Origin: Candidatus Methylomirabilia bacterium
Lineage (GTDB): Bacteria; Methylomirabilota; Methylomirabilia; Rokubacteriales; CSP1-6
Direction of reading: 5' to 3'
DNA: 64,000 nt
Assembly (NCBI GenBank): GCA_041490825.1
Contig: JBGPTW010000011.1
Location: 2,903-66,902, forward strand
The notes under the pieces are model-generated. The model did no database searches and had not been told where the DNA came from. It worked only from the letters and a program-made list of their open reading frames with translations. The position numbers were made by a program, and so were the translations under genes. Positions 36,447 to 45,482 of this stretch are shown here, piece after piece (within the stretch, counting starts at the first letter, position 1; every line of letters begins with the position of its first letter).

Positions 36447-37703
36447 TCAGCTCCGGGCGGGCGTGGTCGCGAGCACCGGCGTCGCCGGCGTCCCCGCTGT
36501 CGCGGGCTCCTGGCGCTCGCCGTGACCGTTCGATCCTGTCTCGCAGGCGCCGCCGGCGCCCTGGCGGTGGATCGACAGATCTGTGATCGTCGGGGACTTG
36601 CCGCAGAGCGGGCAGTTCGGATCGCGGCGCAGCTTCACTTCGCGGAACCGCATGCCGAGGGCGTCGTAGGTCAGCAGACGTCCGATCAACGGGTCACCGA
36701 TGCCGAGCACCAGCTTCACGGTTTCCGTCGCCTGCACCATCCCGACCACTCCTGGGAGCACGCCCAGGACGCCAGCCTCGCTTCAGCTGGGGACGAGCCC
36801 CGGCGGCGGTGGCGTGGGATAGAGGCAGCGATAGCAGGGACCCTGGTTCGGCGCAAAGACCGTCGCCATGCCTTCGAACTGGAAGATCGAGCCGTGGACG
36901 TTCGTCTTGCCCGCCAGGTAGCACGCGTCGTTGACGAGGTAGCGCGTCTCGAAGTTGTCCGAGCCGTCGACGATGAGATCGTAGTCACGGATGACGTCCA
37001 TCACGTTGTCGACGTCGATGCGCATCGGCAGCGGAATCACCGTCACGTCCGGGTTCAGCGCGCGAATCGTCCGCGCGCCCGACTCCACCTTCGGTTTGCC
37101 GACGTCGGCCGTCGTGTGGAGGACCTGTCGCTGCAGATTCGTGATGTCGACGACGTCGCCGTCCATGAGCCCCAGCGTGCCGACACCGGCCGCGGCGAGA
37201 TAGAGGGCCGTCGGCGAGCCGAGCCCCCCGGCGCCGATCAGCAAGACCTTCGAGCGCAGGAGCTTGCGCTGGCCCTTGTCGCCGACTTGCGGCAGCAGGA
37301 AGTGCCGGCTGTAGCGCTGGATCTGGTCCGGCGTCATCGGGATCTCGCGAACGACCGGGAGCCCCGACTGCAGCCACTTCTGGTAACCGCCCCGGAGGTT
37401 GATGACGTTCTGGTAGCCGAGCTCCTTCAACTGCGTGGCCGCCAGCACTGACCGCAAGCCCGTCTGGCAGTAGAGAACGATGGTCGTCGCAGGATCGCTG
37501 ACGGCCGTGCCGATCCTGAACTCGAGGAATCCGCGACTGATGTTGGACGCGGCCTCGATGTGGCCGTCCCGGTACTCGTCCGGGTCGCGGACATCGATCA
37601 CGGTGACCGGCTCGCCCGACTGGAGGCGCCGCTGCAGATCCGCCGGGCCTTCCTCGGGCACGACCTGGCGAGCTTCCGCCAGCATTTCCTTCAACGTTTT
37701 CAT
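36447..37703 (-). CDS. moeB: rhodanese-MoeB/ThiF fusion, predicted selenoprotein (in-frame TGA at 36785-36783)
   Basis: Rhodanese YCQTGLRS, GAGGLGS, DITNLQRQ, CYRC, PPPPGLVPS-TGA-SEAGVLGVLPG, CPLC; both halves are in one frame; 418 aa with Sec307. Confidence 0.85.
36750..36769 (-). promoter_or_regulatory. bacterial SECIS-like hairpin of moeB
   Basis: TCCTGGG-CGTGCT-CCCAGGA, a perfect 7-bp stem starting 13 nt after TGA, with G at loop position 2. Confidence 0.6.
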
Positions 37704-37710
37704 GCGGCCG

Positions 37711-37738
37711 ATATTACCCCCATTCCCGGTCGAGTCAA
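37711..37738 (-). promoter_or_regulatory. sigma70-like promoter of moeB (leaderless transcript predicted)
   Basis: TTGACT, 16 bp, TAATAT, 7 nt, ATG; no SD. Confidence 0.6.
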
Positions 37739-37842
37739 ACGAGACGCCGCCCAGTTCAGCAGCCTTCCGCGGCTCGGAGGGGCTTGCTATACTGGCGAAA
37801 CTTCCGCCGACTCGTTCGCATACTCGTGAGGGGATTGTCTCA

Positions 37843-38907
37843 GTGAAAGGCTTGATTCTATCCGGAGGGCGCGGCACCCGCCTCAGACCGATCACGTTCA
37901 CCTCCGCGAAGCAGCTCGTCCCGGTCGCGAACAAGCCCATCCTCTTCTACGGGATCGAGGCGCTGGCAGCGTCGGGCATTCGGGACATCGGCATCGTGGT
38001 CGGCGATACGCATCAGGAGATCCGTGATGCGGTCGGGGACGGCTCTCGCTTCGGGATCCGCGCGACCTATCTGCAGCAGGAAGCGCCGCTCGGCCTGGCG
38101 CACGCGGTGCTCATCTCCGAAGCGTTCATGGCGGGCGAACCGTTCGTCATGTACCTCGGCGACAACGTGATCCGGGAATCCCTCGGTCCGCTGGTCGAGC
38201 GCTTCAGCCGCGAGGCGCCGAACGCCCAGATCTTCCTGGCGCGCGTGCCGAATCCCCAGCAGTTCGGTGTCGCCGAGCTCGGTCCCGACGATCGCATCGT
38301 CAGGCTCGTCGAGAAGCCGGCCAAGCCACCGTCGGATCTGGCGCTCGTCGGCGTGTACATGTTCGATCGAAGCGTCTTCGACGCCGTCAAGGCCATCAAG
38401 CCGTCGGCTCGCGGTGAGCTCGAGATCACCGACGCCATCCAGTGGCTGATCGATCACGGCAAGACCGTGCGCCCGTTCGTGATCAGCGGCTGGTGGAAGG
38501 ACACCGGGAAGCTCGAAGACATGCTCGAGGCGAACCGGATCATCCTCGACGCCATGGAGCGTCGCATCGACGGCGACGTGGTCGCGTCCGAGATCGTCGG
38601 CAAGGTGACGATCGAAAGCGGCGCCAAGGTCGTCGAGAGCACGATCCGGGGCCCCGCGATCATCGGCCGCGGCGCCACGATCGAGCACGCCTACATCGGG
38701 CCGTTCACGTCGATCGGCGACGGTGTCGTCGTGCGCGGAAGCGAGATCGAGCACTCGATCGTGCTGGAAGGCTCGAGCCTCACGGACATCGACGCGCGCA
38801 TCGAGTCGAGCTTGATCGGTCGCAACGTCACCATCTACCGATCCGACGCGAAGCCGAAGTCCTACAAGCTCATGATCGGCGACCGCTCGGATATCGGGCT
38901 TATTTAA
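37843..38907 (+). CDS. rfbA: glucose-1-phosphate thymidylyltransferase (long form)
   Basis: KGLILSGGRGTRLRPIT, KQLVPVANKP, SARGELEITDA, GWWKDTG; hexapeptide-like tail. Confidence 0.93.
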   Translation: MKGLILSGGRGTRLRPITFTSAKQLVPVANKPILFYGIEALAASGIRDIGIVVGDTHQEIRDAVGDGSRFGIRATYLQQEAPLGLAHAVLISEAFMAGEPFVMYLGDNVIRESLGPLVERFSREAPNAQIFLARVPNPQQFGVAELGPDDRIVRLVEKPAKPPSDLALVGVYMFDRSVFDAVKAIKPSARGELEITDAIQWLIDHGKTVRPFVISGWWKDTGKLEDMLEANRIILDAMERRIDGDVVASEIVGKVTIESGAKVVESTIRGPAIIGRGATIEHAYIGPFTSIGDGVVVRGSEIEHSIVLEGSSLTDIDARIESSLIGRNVTIYRSDAKPKSYKLMIGDRSDIGLI

Positions 38908-38910
38908 AGG

Positions 38911-39072
38911 TGGGGGACCCCGAGATGGCCCCCACACCCCCCAGCGCTCGTCGCGTCCCGGCCAAGCCGTGCCGCGCCTCGATGTTCCGAGAGTCGTCAT
39001 GAGGGACCCCGAGATGGCCCCCCGCCTCGATAGTCCGAGGGTTGTCATGGGGGACTCCGAGATGATCCCCCA
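38911..39072 (+). repeat. REP-like element, copy 7: full copy plus two further head hairpins
   Basis: Heads at 38911, ~39000 and ~39048, separated by TGTTCCGAGAGTCGTCA and TAGTCCGAGGGTTGTCA linkers. Confidence 0.85.
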
Positions 39073-39099
39073 CATCCCGCAATCTCGCGGAGATTGCTC

Positions 39100-39636
39100 A
39101 TGGACCTGAGCCCCGACGCCAAGCTCCGGTTCGATCTGCAGTCCTACGGTCCGCCGGCGGACATCGACGGCGTCGAGCTCATCGAGCTGAAGAGGTTTCA
39201 CGACGATGGCGGCGCGATGACCGAGCTGGCGCGGCTGGTGGACGGCTGCCCGCAGGCGCTCCAGGGATTCACGGTCCGGCAGATCAACTACAGCGAGGTC
39301 GAGCCGGGCGCGATCAAGGCGTTCCACGTTCACCTGCGACAGACCGACGTCTGGTACGTGCCGCCGTCCGACCGCATGCTGGTGGTCTTGCTCGACGTAC
39401 GGAAGGGCTTGCGGACTGAAGGCGCGCGCCGCCGCGTGCTGCTCGGCGGCGGGACGTCGCGCCTGCTCCGCATCCCGCCCGGCGTTGCTCACGGCGCGCG
39501 CAATCTTGCCGCCGCCACCGGCCGGATCATTTACTTCACCGATCTCCACTTCTCGCCCGAGCCGGCGACGTGCGACGAGGGCCGGCTGCCGTGGGACTAC
39601 GCGGGCCCGGGGATCTGGGAAGTCTCGCGAGGCTGA
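39100..39636 (+). CDS. rfbC: dTDP-4-dehydrorhamnose 3,5-epimerase family
   Basis: IDGVELIELKRFHDDGG, IKAFHVH, IPPGVAHG. Confidence 0.85.
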   Translation: MDLSPDAKLRFDLQSYGPPADIDGVELIELKRFHDDGGAMTELARLVDGCPQALQGFTVRQINYSEVEPGAIKAFHVHLRQTDVWYVPPSDRMLVVLLDVRKGLRTEGARRRVLLGGGTSRLLRIPPGVAHGARNLAAATGRIIYFTDLHFSPEPATCDEGRLPWDYAGPGIWEVSRG

Positions 39637-39643
39637 TGCCGTC

Positions 39644-40654
39644 GTGAAGCTGCTCGTCACCGGCGGTGCGGGATTCATCGGCTCCAACTTCATCCGGCAC
39701 GTGCTGACGACGCATTCCGACGACTCCGTCATCAACCTCGACAAGCTGACCTACGCCGGCAATCCGGCAAACCTGGCTGACATCGCCGGCGACGCGCGGT
39801 ACAGCTTCATCCAGGGCGACATTTGCGACGGCAAGCTGGTGCGCGACGTCGCGCCCGGGGTGGACGCGGTCGTGAATTTCGCCGCGTCCACTCATGTCGA
39901 CCGTTCCCTCATGGAGCCGGATGAGTTCCTCCGCACCGACGTGTTCGGCGTCTTCACGCTGCTCGAAGTCGTACGTGAGCTGCGCATCCCGAGGCTGCTC
40001 CACGTCAGCACCGACGAGGTGTACGGGAGCGTCGCGCGCGGGTCGTCCCGCGAGACGGATCCGCTGGCGCCGAGCAATCCGTACTCCGCGTCGAAGGCGA
40101 GCGGCGATCTGATGGCGCTGGCCTACTGGCACACGCACCGTGTGCCAGTGGTGATCACCCGGTCGTCGAACAACTTCGGGCCGTACCAGTACCCGGAAAA
40201 AGTGATTCCGCTCTTCATCACCAACGCGCTCGAGGAGCGACCGCTCCCGCTCTACGGCGACGGCAAGAACGTGCGCGACTGGCTCTACGTCCTCGACAAC
40301 TGTGCGGCAATCGATCTCGTCCTGCGCGCGGGCCGCGACGGGCAGGTGTACAACATCGGCGGCAGCCACGAGGTCGAGAACATCGTGCTCACGCGTGAGA
40401 TCTTGCGACTGGCGGGCAAGCGGGAAACGCTGATTCAGCCCGTCAAGGATCGCCCCGGCCATGACCGGCGGTACTCGGTCGACTCCATGAAGGTCCACCA
40501 GCTCGGCTGGAAGCCACGTCACGCGTTCGGCGCGGCGCTCGCCGCGACCGTCCAGTGGTACCGCGATCACGAGGCCTGGTGGCGACCGCTGAAGTCCGGC
40601 GAGTTCCGGACGTATTACGAGCGGCAATACGGCTCGGCCACCCGGGCCGTCTGA
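39644..40654 (+). CDS. rfbB: dTDP-glucose 4,6-dehydratase
   Basis: LVTGGAGFIGSNF, DKLTYAGN, STDEVYG, PYSASKA, RPGHDRRY. Confidence 0.95.
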   Translation: MKLLVTGGAGFIGSNFIRHVLTTHSDDSVINLDKLTYAGNPANLADIAGDARYSFIQGDICDGKLVRDVAPGVDAVVNFAASTHVDRSLMEPDEFLRTDVFGVFTLLEVVRELRIPRLLHVSTDEVYGSVARGSSRETDPLAPSNPYSASKASGDLMALAYWHTHRVPVVITRSSNNFGPYQYPEKVIPLFITNALEERPLPLYGDGKNVRDWLYVLDNCAAIDLVLRAGRDGQVYNIGGSHEVENIVLTREILRLAGKRETLIQPVKDRPGHDRRYSVDSMKVHQLGWKPRHAFGAALAATVQWYRDHEAWWRPLKSGEFRTYYERQYGSATRAV

Positions 40655-40680
40655 ACCGAACGCCCACGCCTGGAGGGGTC

Positions 40681-41697
40681 ATGAAACGAGCTGTCTTCGG
40701 GGCCGTCGCCGTCCTCCTTCTGCTTCCCGCGCTCACGGCTGCCGTTCCGCGGCCGCCGGCGCGGCGGCTCGACCCGAACAAGATCTCGGAAGCGCCGTCC
40801 TACGTCGGCCGCGTGAGGCCCTCGATCGTGGGGCTGAAGGTGCGAGCGGCCGACGATGCGCCGTCGTCGGCGCGGCTCGGCGTGCATCGGTTCGCCAGCG
40901 GCGTGCTGTTCGACGCGCGCGGGTATGTGGTGACCGTGAGCTACGCCGTCATGGACGCCGTCGCCCTCGAAGCCGAGACAAGCGACCGCGGGACGGTGCC
41001 GGCCCGTCTCGTCGCCATCGATTTCGACACAGGTCTCGCGGTGGTGAAGCTGGACGCCGACGGGCCGTGGCCCGCGGCGACGCTCGGTTACTCACGCGAC
41101 GTCAAGCTCGGCGAGCTCACGGGCACGGTCGGTGTCGACGAGGAGAACGACCTGGTGTACGTGACGGGGGAGCTGCGGGCCGTCCGGCGCTTCTCCGCGT
41201 ACTGGGAGTACATGCTCGATCGCGCGCTCTTCGTGTCTCCGTCGAGCCCGTCGTGGGGCGGCAGCGCCGTCGTGGACGCGTCGGGACGGGTCATCGGCCT
41301 CGCCTCGCTCCGGCTCGGCGAGCCGCCATACGTCAATGTCGCCATCCCGGTCGAAAGGCTGCAGGCGGTGAAGGACGAGTTGATCGCGGCCGGTCGCGTC
41401 GTCAGCCATCCACCGCGCCCGTGGCTCGGTCTCTACACGATCGGCGGTGACGACAGCGTGGTCGTGGACGGCTTCGCGGCGAGCGGGCCCGCGCGGGTCG
41501 CTGGATTCAAGCGCGGTGATCGCATCGTGCGCGTGAATGGCGTTGCGGTCACGTCACAGGAGGACTTCTACGAACAGCTCTGGCGTGCTCGGGCCGGAGA
41601 CCTGGTCGAGGTTGCGGTCGAGCGGGCCAACGCGCTCCACGTGATCCGAGTACGTTCTGTCGATCGGTACGATGTGATCGTGCGGCCCAAGCGCTGA
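40681..41697 (+). CDS. S1C/HtrA-like PDZ protein with degenerate catalytic triad
   Basis: SGVLFDARGYVVTVSYAV (His position is Tyr), SPSWGGSAV (no GNSGG); PDZ at the C-terminus. Confidence 0.8.
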   Translation: MKRAVFGAVAVLLLLPALTAAVPRPPARRLDPNKISEAPSYVGRVRPSIVGLKVRAADDAPSSARLGVHRFASGVLFDARGYVVTVSYAVMDAVALEAETSDRGTVPARLVAIDFDTGLAVVKLDADGPWPAATLGYSRDVKLGELTGTVGVDEENDLVYVTGELRAVRRFSAYWEYMLDRALFVSPSSPSWGGSAVVDASGRVIGLASLRLGEPPYVNVAIPVERLQAVKDELIAAGRVVSHPPRPWLGLYTIGGDDSVVVDGFAASGPARVAGFKRGDRIVRVNGVAVTSQEDFYEQLWRARAGDLVEVAVERANALHVIRVRSVDRYDVIVRPKR

Positions 41698-41771
41698 CGG
41701 GGCCTCCCCCAGGTCCAGGCGTCTATCGTCATGCTCAGGCGCCGGCGCCCCGGGAGGAGAAGGAACTTCTC

Positions 41772-44700
41772 ATGACGTGCCAGCAGTGCCGGTTCGAGAA
41801 TCCCGCCGGGATGCGCTTTTGCGGGCAGTGCGGCGCCCCGCTCGCGCTCCGTTGCCCGCAGTGCGGAGGAGAGGTCCCGCCTCAGTTCAAATTCTGCGGG
41901 CAGTGTGGCGCGAGTCTCGCGCCCGCGCCGGCGCCAGCCGCGCCGGCGCCAGCCGCGCCGGCGCCAGCCGCAACGGCGGCGACCGTCCCGACCGTGTCAC
42001 CGGCGTCACGCCCGGCCGTCACGGCGGTCGCTCCGTCGCCCGGCATCGCCAGCTATACGCCGAAGCACCTGGCCGACAAGATTCTCAAATCGCGATCGGC
42101 GCTCGAAGGGGAACGGCGGCAGGTGACCGTGCTCTTCGGCGACGTCGCCGGCTTCACCACGCTCGCCGAGAAGCTCGATCCCGAAGAGGTCCACCGGATC
42201 ATCAACCATTGCTTCGAGCTGATCACCGCCGAGGTGCATCGCTTCGAGGGCACGATCAATCAGTACACGGGCGACGGGATCATGGCGCTGTTCGGAGCGC
42301 CGATCGCCCACGAGGACAGCCCGCGGCGCGCCGTCCACGCCGCGCTGGGAATCCAGCGCGCGCTGCGCGACTACGCCAAGGAGCTCGAGGCGGAGCGCGG
42401 GCTGACAGTGCAGATGCGCATCGGACTCAACACCGGGCCCGTGGTCGTCGGCAGGATCGGCGACGACTTGCGCATGGACTACACCGCGGTCGGTGACACC
42501 ACGAACCTCGCGGCCCGGATGCAGCAGATCGCGCGGCCGGGCAGCGTGCTGGTGAGCGACGCGACGCACCGGGTGATCGGCGGGTTCTTCGAGACGCTCG
42601 ATCTCGGCGAAGTCCCGATCAAGGGGCACACGCCCGTGCGCGCCTGGGAAGTGTTGCGGGCGCGCGGCATGCGCTCGCGCCTCGACATCGCCGCCGAGCG
42701 TGGACTTACGCCGCTCATCGGTCGCGACCGTGAAGTCTCGACGCTGCTCGACCGTTTCCGCGACGCGAAGGCCGGCCGCGGCCAGGTCGTGTTTCTCGCC
42801 GGCGAGGCCGGGATCGGCAAGTCGCGGCTGCTGCTGGAGTTCCGTCGCCGCCTGGCGGAGGCCGGTGAAAGCGTCACGTGGCTCGAAGGCCAGTGCGTGT
42901 CGTTCGGCCAGTCCATCCCCTTCCTGCCCGTCGTCGATCAGCTGCGCAGGAACTTTGCGATCGAGGAGCTCGACGGCGAGCCCGAGATCATCGCGAAGAT
43001 CGAGCACGGGATGCGGCGCATGGGGCAGCTCGAGCCGCACATTCCGTACGTGCGGTTTCTTCTGTCGGTGGACCCGGGCGACCCGGCCATCGCGGCGATG
43101 GATCCGCTCGCGCGCCGGCGCAAGGTGTTCGATGCGGTCCGCGCGCTGGCCGTAAGAGGCGCTACTCTCAAGCCCGTCGTCTTCGTGTTCGAGGATCTGC
43201 ACTGGGTGGACACGAGCAGCGAGGAGTATCTCGGTGCGCTGATGGACTCCGTCGCGGGGGCGGCGATCGTGCTGGTGATGACGTATCGCGTCGGTTACGC
43301 GCCCCCGTTCGGTGGCCGCAGCTTCCACACGACGCTGACCCTGCAGAACCTCACCGCGGAGGAGACGCTCGCGATGGCGGGGCGGATCCTCGGGACGGAC
43401 CAGTTCCCCGAGCAGGTCAAGGCTGCGCTGATGGACAAGGCCGAGGGCGTCCCGCTGTTCGTCGAGGAAGTGACCAAGACGCTTCTCGATCTCGGCGTGC
43501 TCCGGCGAGAGGGCGCGGGGCTGGCCGTCGCGAAGGGACTCAGCGAGGTGAGCGTGCCCGACACGATGCAGGGCATCATCATGGCGCGGCTCGATCGCCT
43601 CGGCGACGCCGGCAAGCGCACCGTGCAGCTCGCGTCGGTGATCGGCCGGCGATTCCTCGTGCGCCTGCTCGACCGCATCGGCGGCATGCGCGAGCAGCTC
43701 CACGGCCTGCTGGCCGAGCTGAAGGCGCTGGAGATCATCTACGAGCAGGGGCTCCTGCCCGAGCCCGCGTACATCTTCAAGCACGCCGTCATTCAAGACG
43801 TCGCGTACAACAGCCTCCTGAAGGAGCGACGGCGTGAGCTGCATCGCGCCGTCGGTGACGCGATCGAGGAGCTGTACGCCGACCGGCTCTCCGAGCACCA
43901 CGAGGAGCTGGCCCACCACTACGTCAACGGCGAGCAGTGGGCCAAGGCCTTCGACTACCTCGTGAAATCGGGCGACCGCGCCAAGGACGCCTACGCCAAC
44001 CAGCTGGCGCTCGACTTCTACGCCCGCGCCCTCGACGTCGCGTCGCGCACCTCGCCCGCGCTGACGCCCTGGCAAGTGATGGACGTCCATCAGCGGCGCG
44101 GGCGCGTCTGGCTGTTGCTCGCAAAGTACCAGGAGGCGATCGCCGAGTCCCAGCGGATGCTCGAGGTCGCCCGCGCCGCCGGCGATCGGCACGGTGAGGG
44201 CGAAGCGCTGGTGGACCTGGCGCTCGAGCATTACATGACGTTCGCGTCCGAGAACATGCCGCTCACGAAGCGCCTGGCGGAGGAAGCGCTCGCGATCGCC
44301 GAGCAGACCGGCGACCATCCCGTGCTGGCGAAGGCGCGCACCTATCTGGCCTTCCTCGATCAGGTCGAGGGAAATCTCGTCAGCGCGGACCGATTCCTGG
44401 AGGAATCGCTCAGGATCAGCGAGGCGGAGGGGCTGAAGGAATCGATCGCGCAGAACGTGATGTGGCTGAGCGCGCACGCCGAGTGGCGTGGAGACTTTCC
44501 GAGGGCGATCCAGCTCGCGCAGAAAGCCTCGGCGGCGGCGGCGGAAATCCACGACGGCTTCTTCGAGCTCATGGCGATCGCCTTCGGCTGCCTGGCGGAG
44601 GGAGGTGCCGGACATTACGCCGAGGCGCTCGAGCTGATCAACGACGGCTTGACGAAGGCCCGTGACCGGAATGCCGCGTTCTTCCAGGGCCGGCTCGGCA

Positions 44701-45380
44701 ACAGCCTCGGGTGGGTGTACCAGGAGCTCGGGGATTTCCGGCGGGCGCACGAGCACGACCGCGAGAGCGTCGACCTCGGCCAGCGGATCAAGAACGCGAA
44801 CGTCGAGGTGAGCGCAACGATCAATCTGGGTCTGGATTATTTGAACCTTGGCGAGCCGCGCAAAGCCCTGGCGTTGCTCGAAGCGACCCAGACCCGCGTC
44901 GACAAGCTGGCGTTCGGGGCCCATCGCTGGCGCTGGTCCATCCACACGGCCGTCTATCTCGCCGAAGTGCTCCGAGCGCTCGACGAGCCGGAGCGGGCTC
45001 TCGTGCAGGTGGAGCCGGCGCTGCTCGAGGCTCGTCGGACGGGGTCGATGAAGTACGTGGGAATGTGCCACGCGCTTCGCGGCGAGCTGCAGATGACGGG
45101 ACGGCAGTGGAGCGACGCCGAGGGCGGCTTGCGCGAAGCGCTCGAGATCGCTCAGCGCATCGGCTATCCGAAGCTCCTCTGGCAAGCCGCCGACGGTCTG
45201 GCGCGCGCGCTCGCCGCCCAGGGACGGATGCAGGACGCGTTCGAGGCTTCTCGAGTGGCCGTCAGCGCGATCGAGGCCACCGCGGCACGCGCGCCCGAGC
45301 CGGCGCTCCGCGACTCCTTCATGAACTGGCCGCGCGTGCAGGCCGCGCTCGAGACCGCCGAGCGGCTGCGCCGGGCCTGA
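41772..45380 (+). CDS. double zinc ribbon + class III adenylate/guanylate cyclase + AAA ATPase + TPR protein
   Basis: CxxC pairs; ERRQVTVLFGDVAGFT, YTGDGIMALFGAP, TAVGDTTNLAARM; GEAGIGKS; FEDLHW; TPR-like tail. Confidence 0.93.
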   Translation: MTCQQCRFENPAGMRFCGQCGAPLALRCPQCGGEVPPQFKFCGQCGASLAPAPAPAAPAPAAPAPAATAATVPTVSPASRPAVTAVAPSPGIASYTPKHLADKILKSRSALEGERRQVTVLFGDVAGFTTLAEKLDPEEVHRIINHCFELITAEVHRFEGTINQYTGDGIMALFGAPIAHEDSPRRAVHAALGIQRALRDYAKELEAERGLTVQMRIGLNTGPVVVGRIGDDLRMDYTAVGDTTNLAARMQQIARPGSVLVSDATHRVIGGFFETLDLGEVPIKGHTPVRAWEVLRARGMRSRLDIAAERGLTPLIGRDREVSTLLDRFRDAKAGRGQVVFLAGEAGIGKSRLLLEFRRRLAEAGESVTWLEGQCVSFGQSIPFLPVVDQLRRNFAIEELDGEPEIIAKIEHGMRRMGQLEPHIPYVRFLLSVDPGDPAIAAMDPLARRRKVFDAVRALAVRGATLKPVVFVFEDLHWVDTSSEEYLGALMDSVAGAAIVLVMTYRVGYAPPFGGRSFHTTLTLQNLTAEETLAMAGRILGTDQFPEQVKAALMDKAEGVPLFVEEVTKTLLDLGVLRREGAGLAVAKGLSEVSVPDTMQGIIMARLDRLGDAGKRTVQLASVIGRRFLVRLLDRIGGMREQLHGLLAELKALEIIYEQGLLPEPAYIFKHAVIQDVAYNSLLKERRRELHRAVGDAIEELYADRLSEHHEELAHHYVNGEQWAKAFDYLVKSGDRAKDAYANQLALDFYARALDVASRTSPALTPWQVMDVHQRRGRVWLLLAKYQEAIAESQRMLEVARAAGDRHGEGEALVDLALEHYMTFASENMPLTKRLAEEALAIAEQTGDHPVLAKARTYLAFLDQVEGNLVSADRFLEESLRISEAEGLKESIAQNVMWLSAHAEWRGDFPRAIQLAQKASAAAAEIHDGFFELMAIAFGCLAEGGAGHYAEALELINDGLTKARDRNAAFFQGRLGNSLGWVYQELGDFRRAHEHDRESVDLGQRIKNANVEVSATINLGLDYLNLGEPRKALALLEATQTRVDKLAFGAHRWRWSIHTAVYLAEVLRALDEPERALVQVEPALLEARRTGSMKYVGMCHALRGELQMTGRQWSDAEGGLREALEIAQRIGYPKLLWQAADGLARALAAQGRMQDAFEASRVAVSAIEATAARAPEPALRDSFMNWPRVQAALETAERLRRA
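41925..41969 (+). repeat. 15-bp in-frame tandem repeat (3 copies) in the linker
   Basis: GCGCCGGCGCCAGCC repeated three times, encoding APAPA. Confidence 0.85.
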
Positions 45381-45482
45381 TCGGTTGGCTGCGCTGCGCG
45401 ACAGCGAGGCGGACGTGAGCCGTGGCCGTCCCGGCTTCGAGCGCACGCGGGAGAGGAGACTCGCGTGATGTGACATCGCCGC

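Noticed and set aside
36447-36785. moeB and the peroxiredoxin (49219-49779) as nonsense pseudogenes or split genes
   Set aside because: In both, the only stop is TGA at the catalytic Cys codon, the downstream frame is fully conserved and a hairpin follows; Sec recoding is more parsimonious but unproven.
42006-45476. 1156-aa minus-strand ORF and other long antisense ORFs (18243-20777, 22966-24822, 37858-39744, 7904-9658)
   Set aside because: Shadow ORFs opposite well-supported genes in GC-rich DNA; no recognisable motifs.
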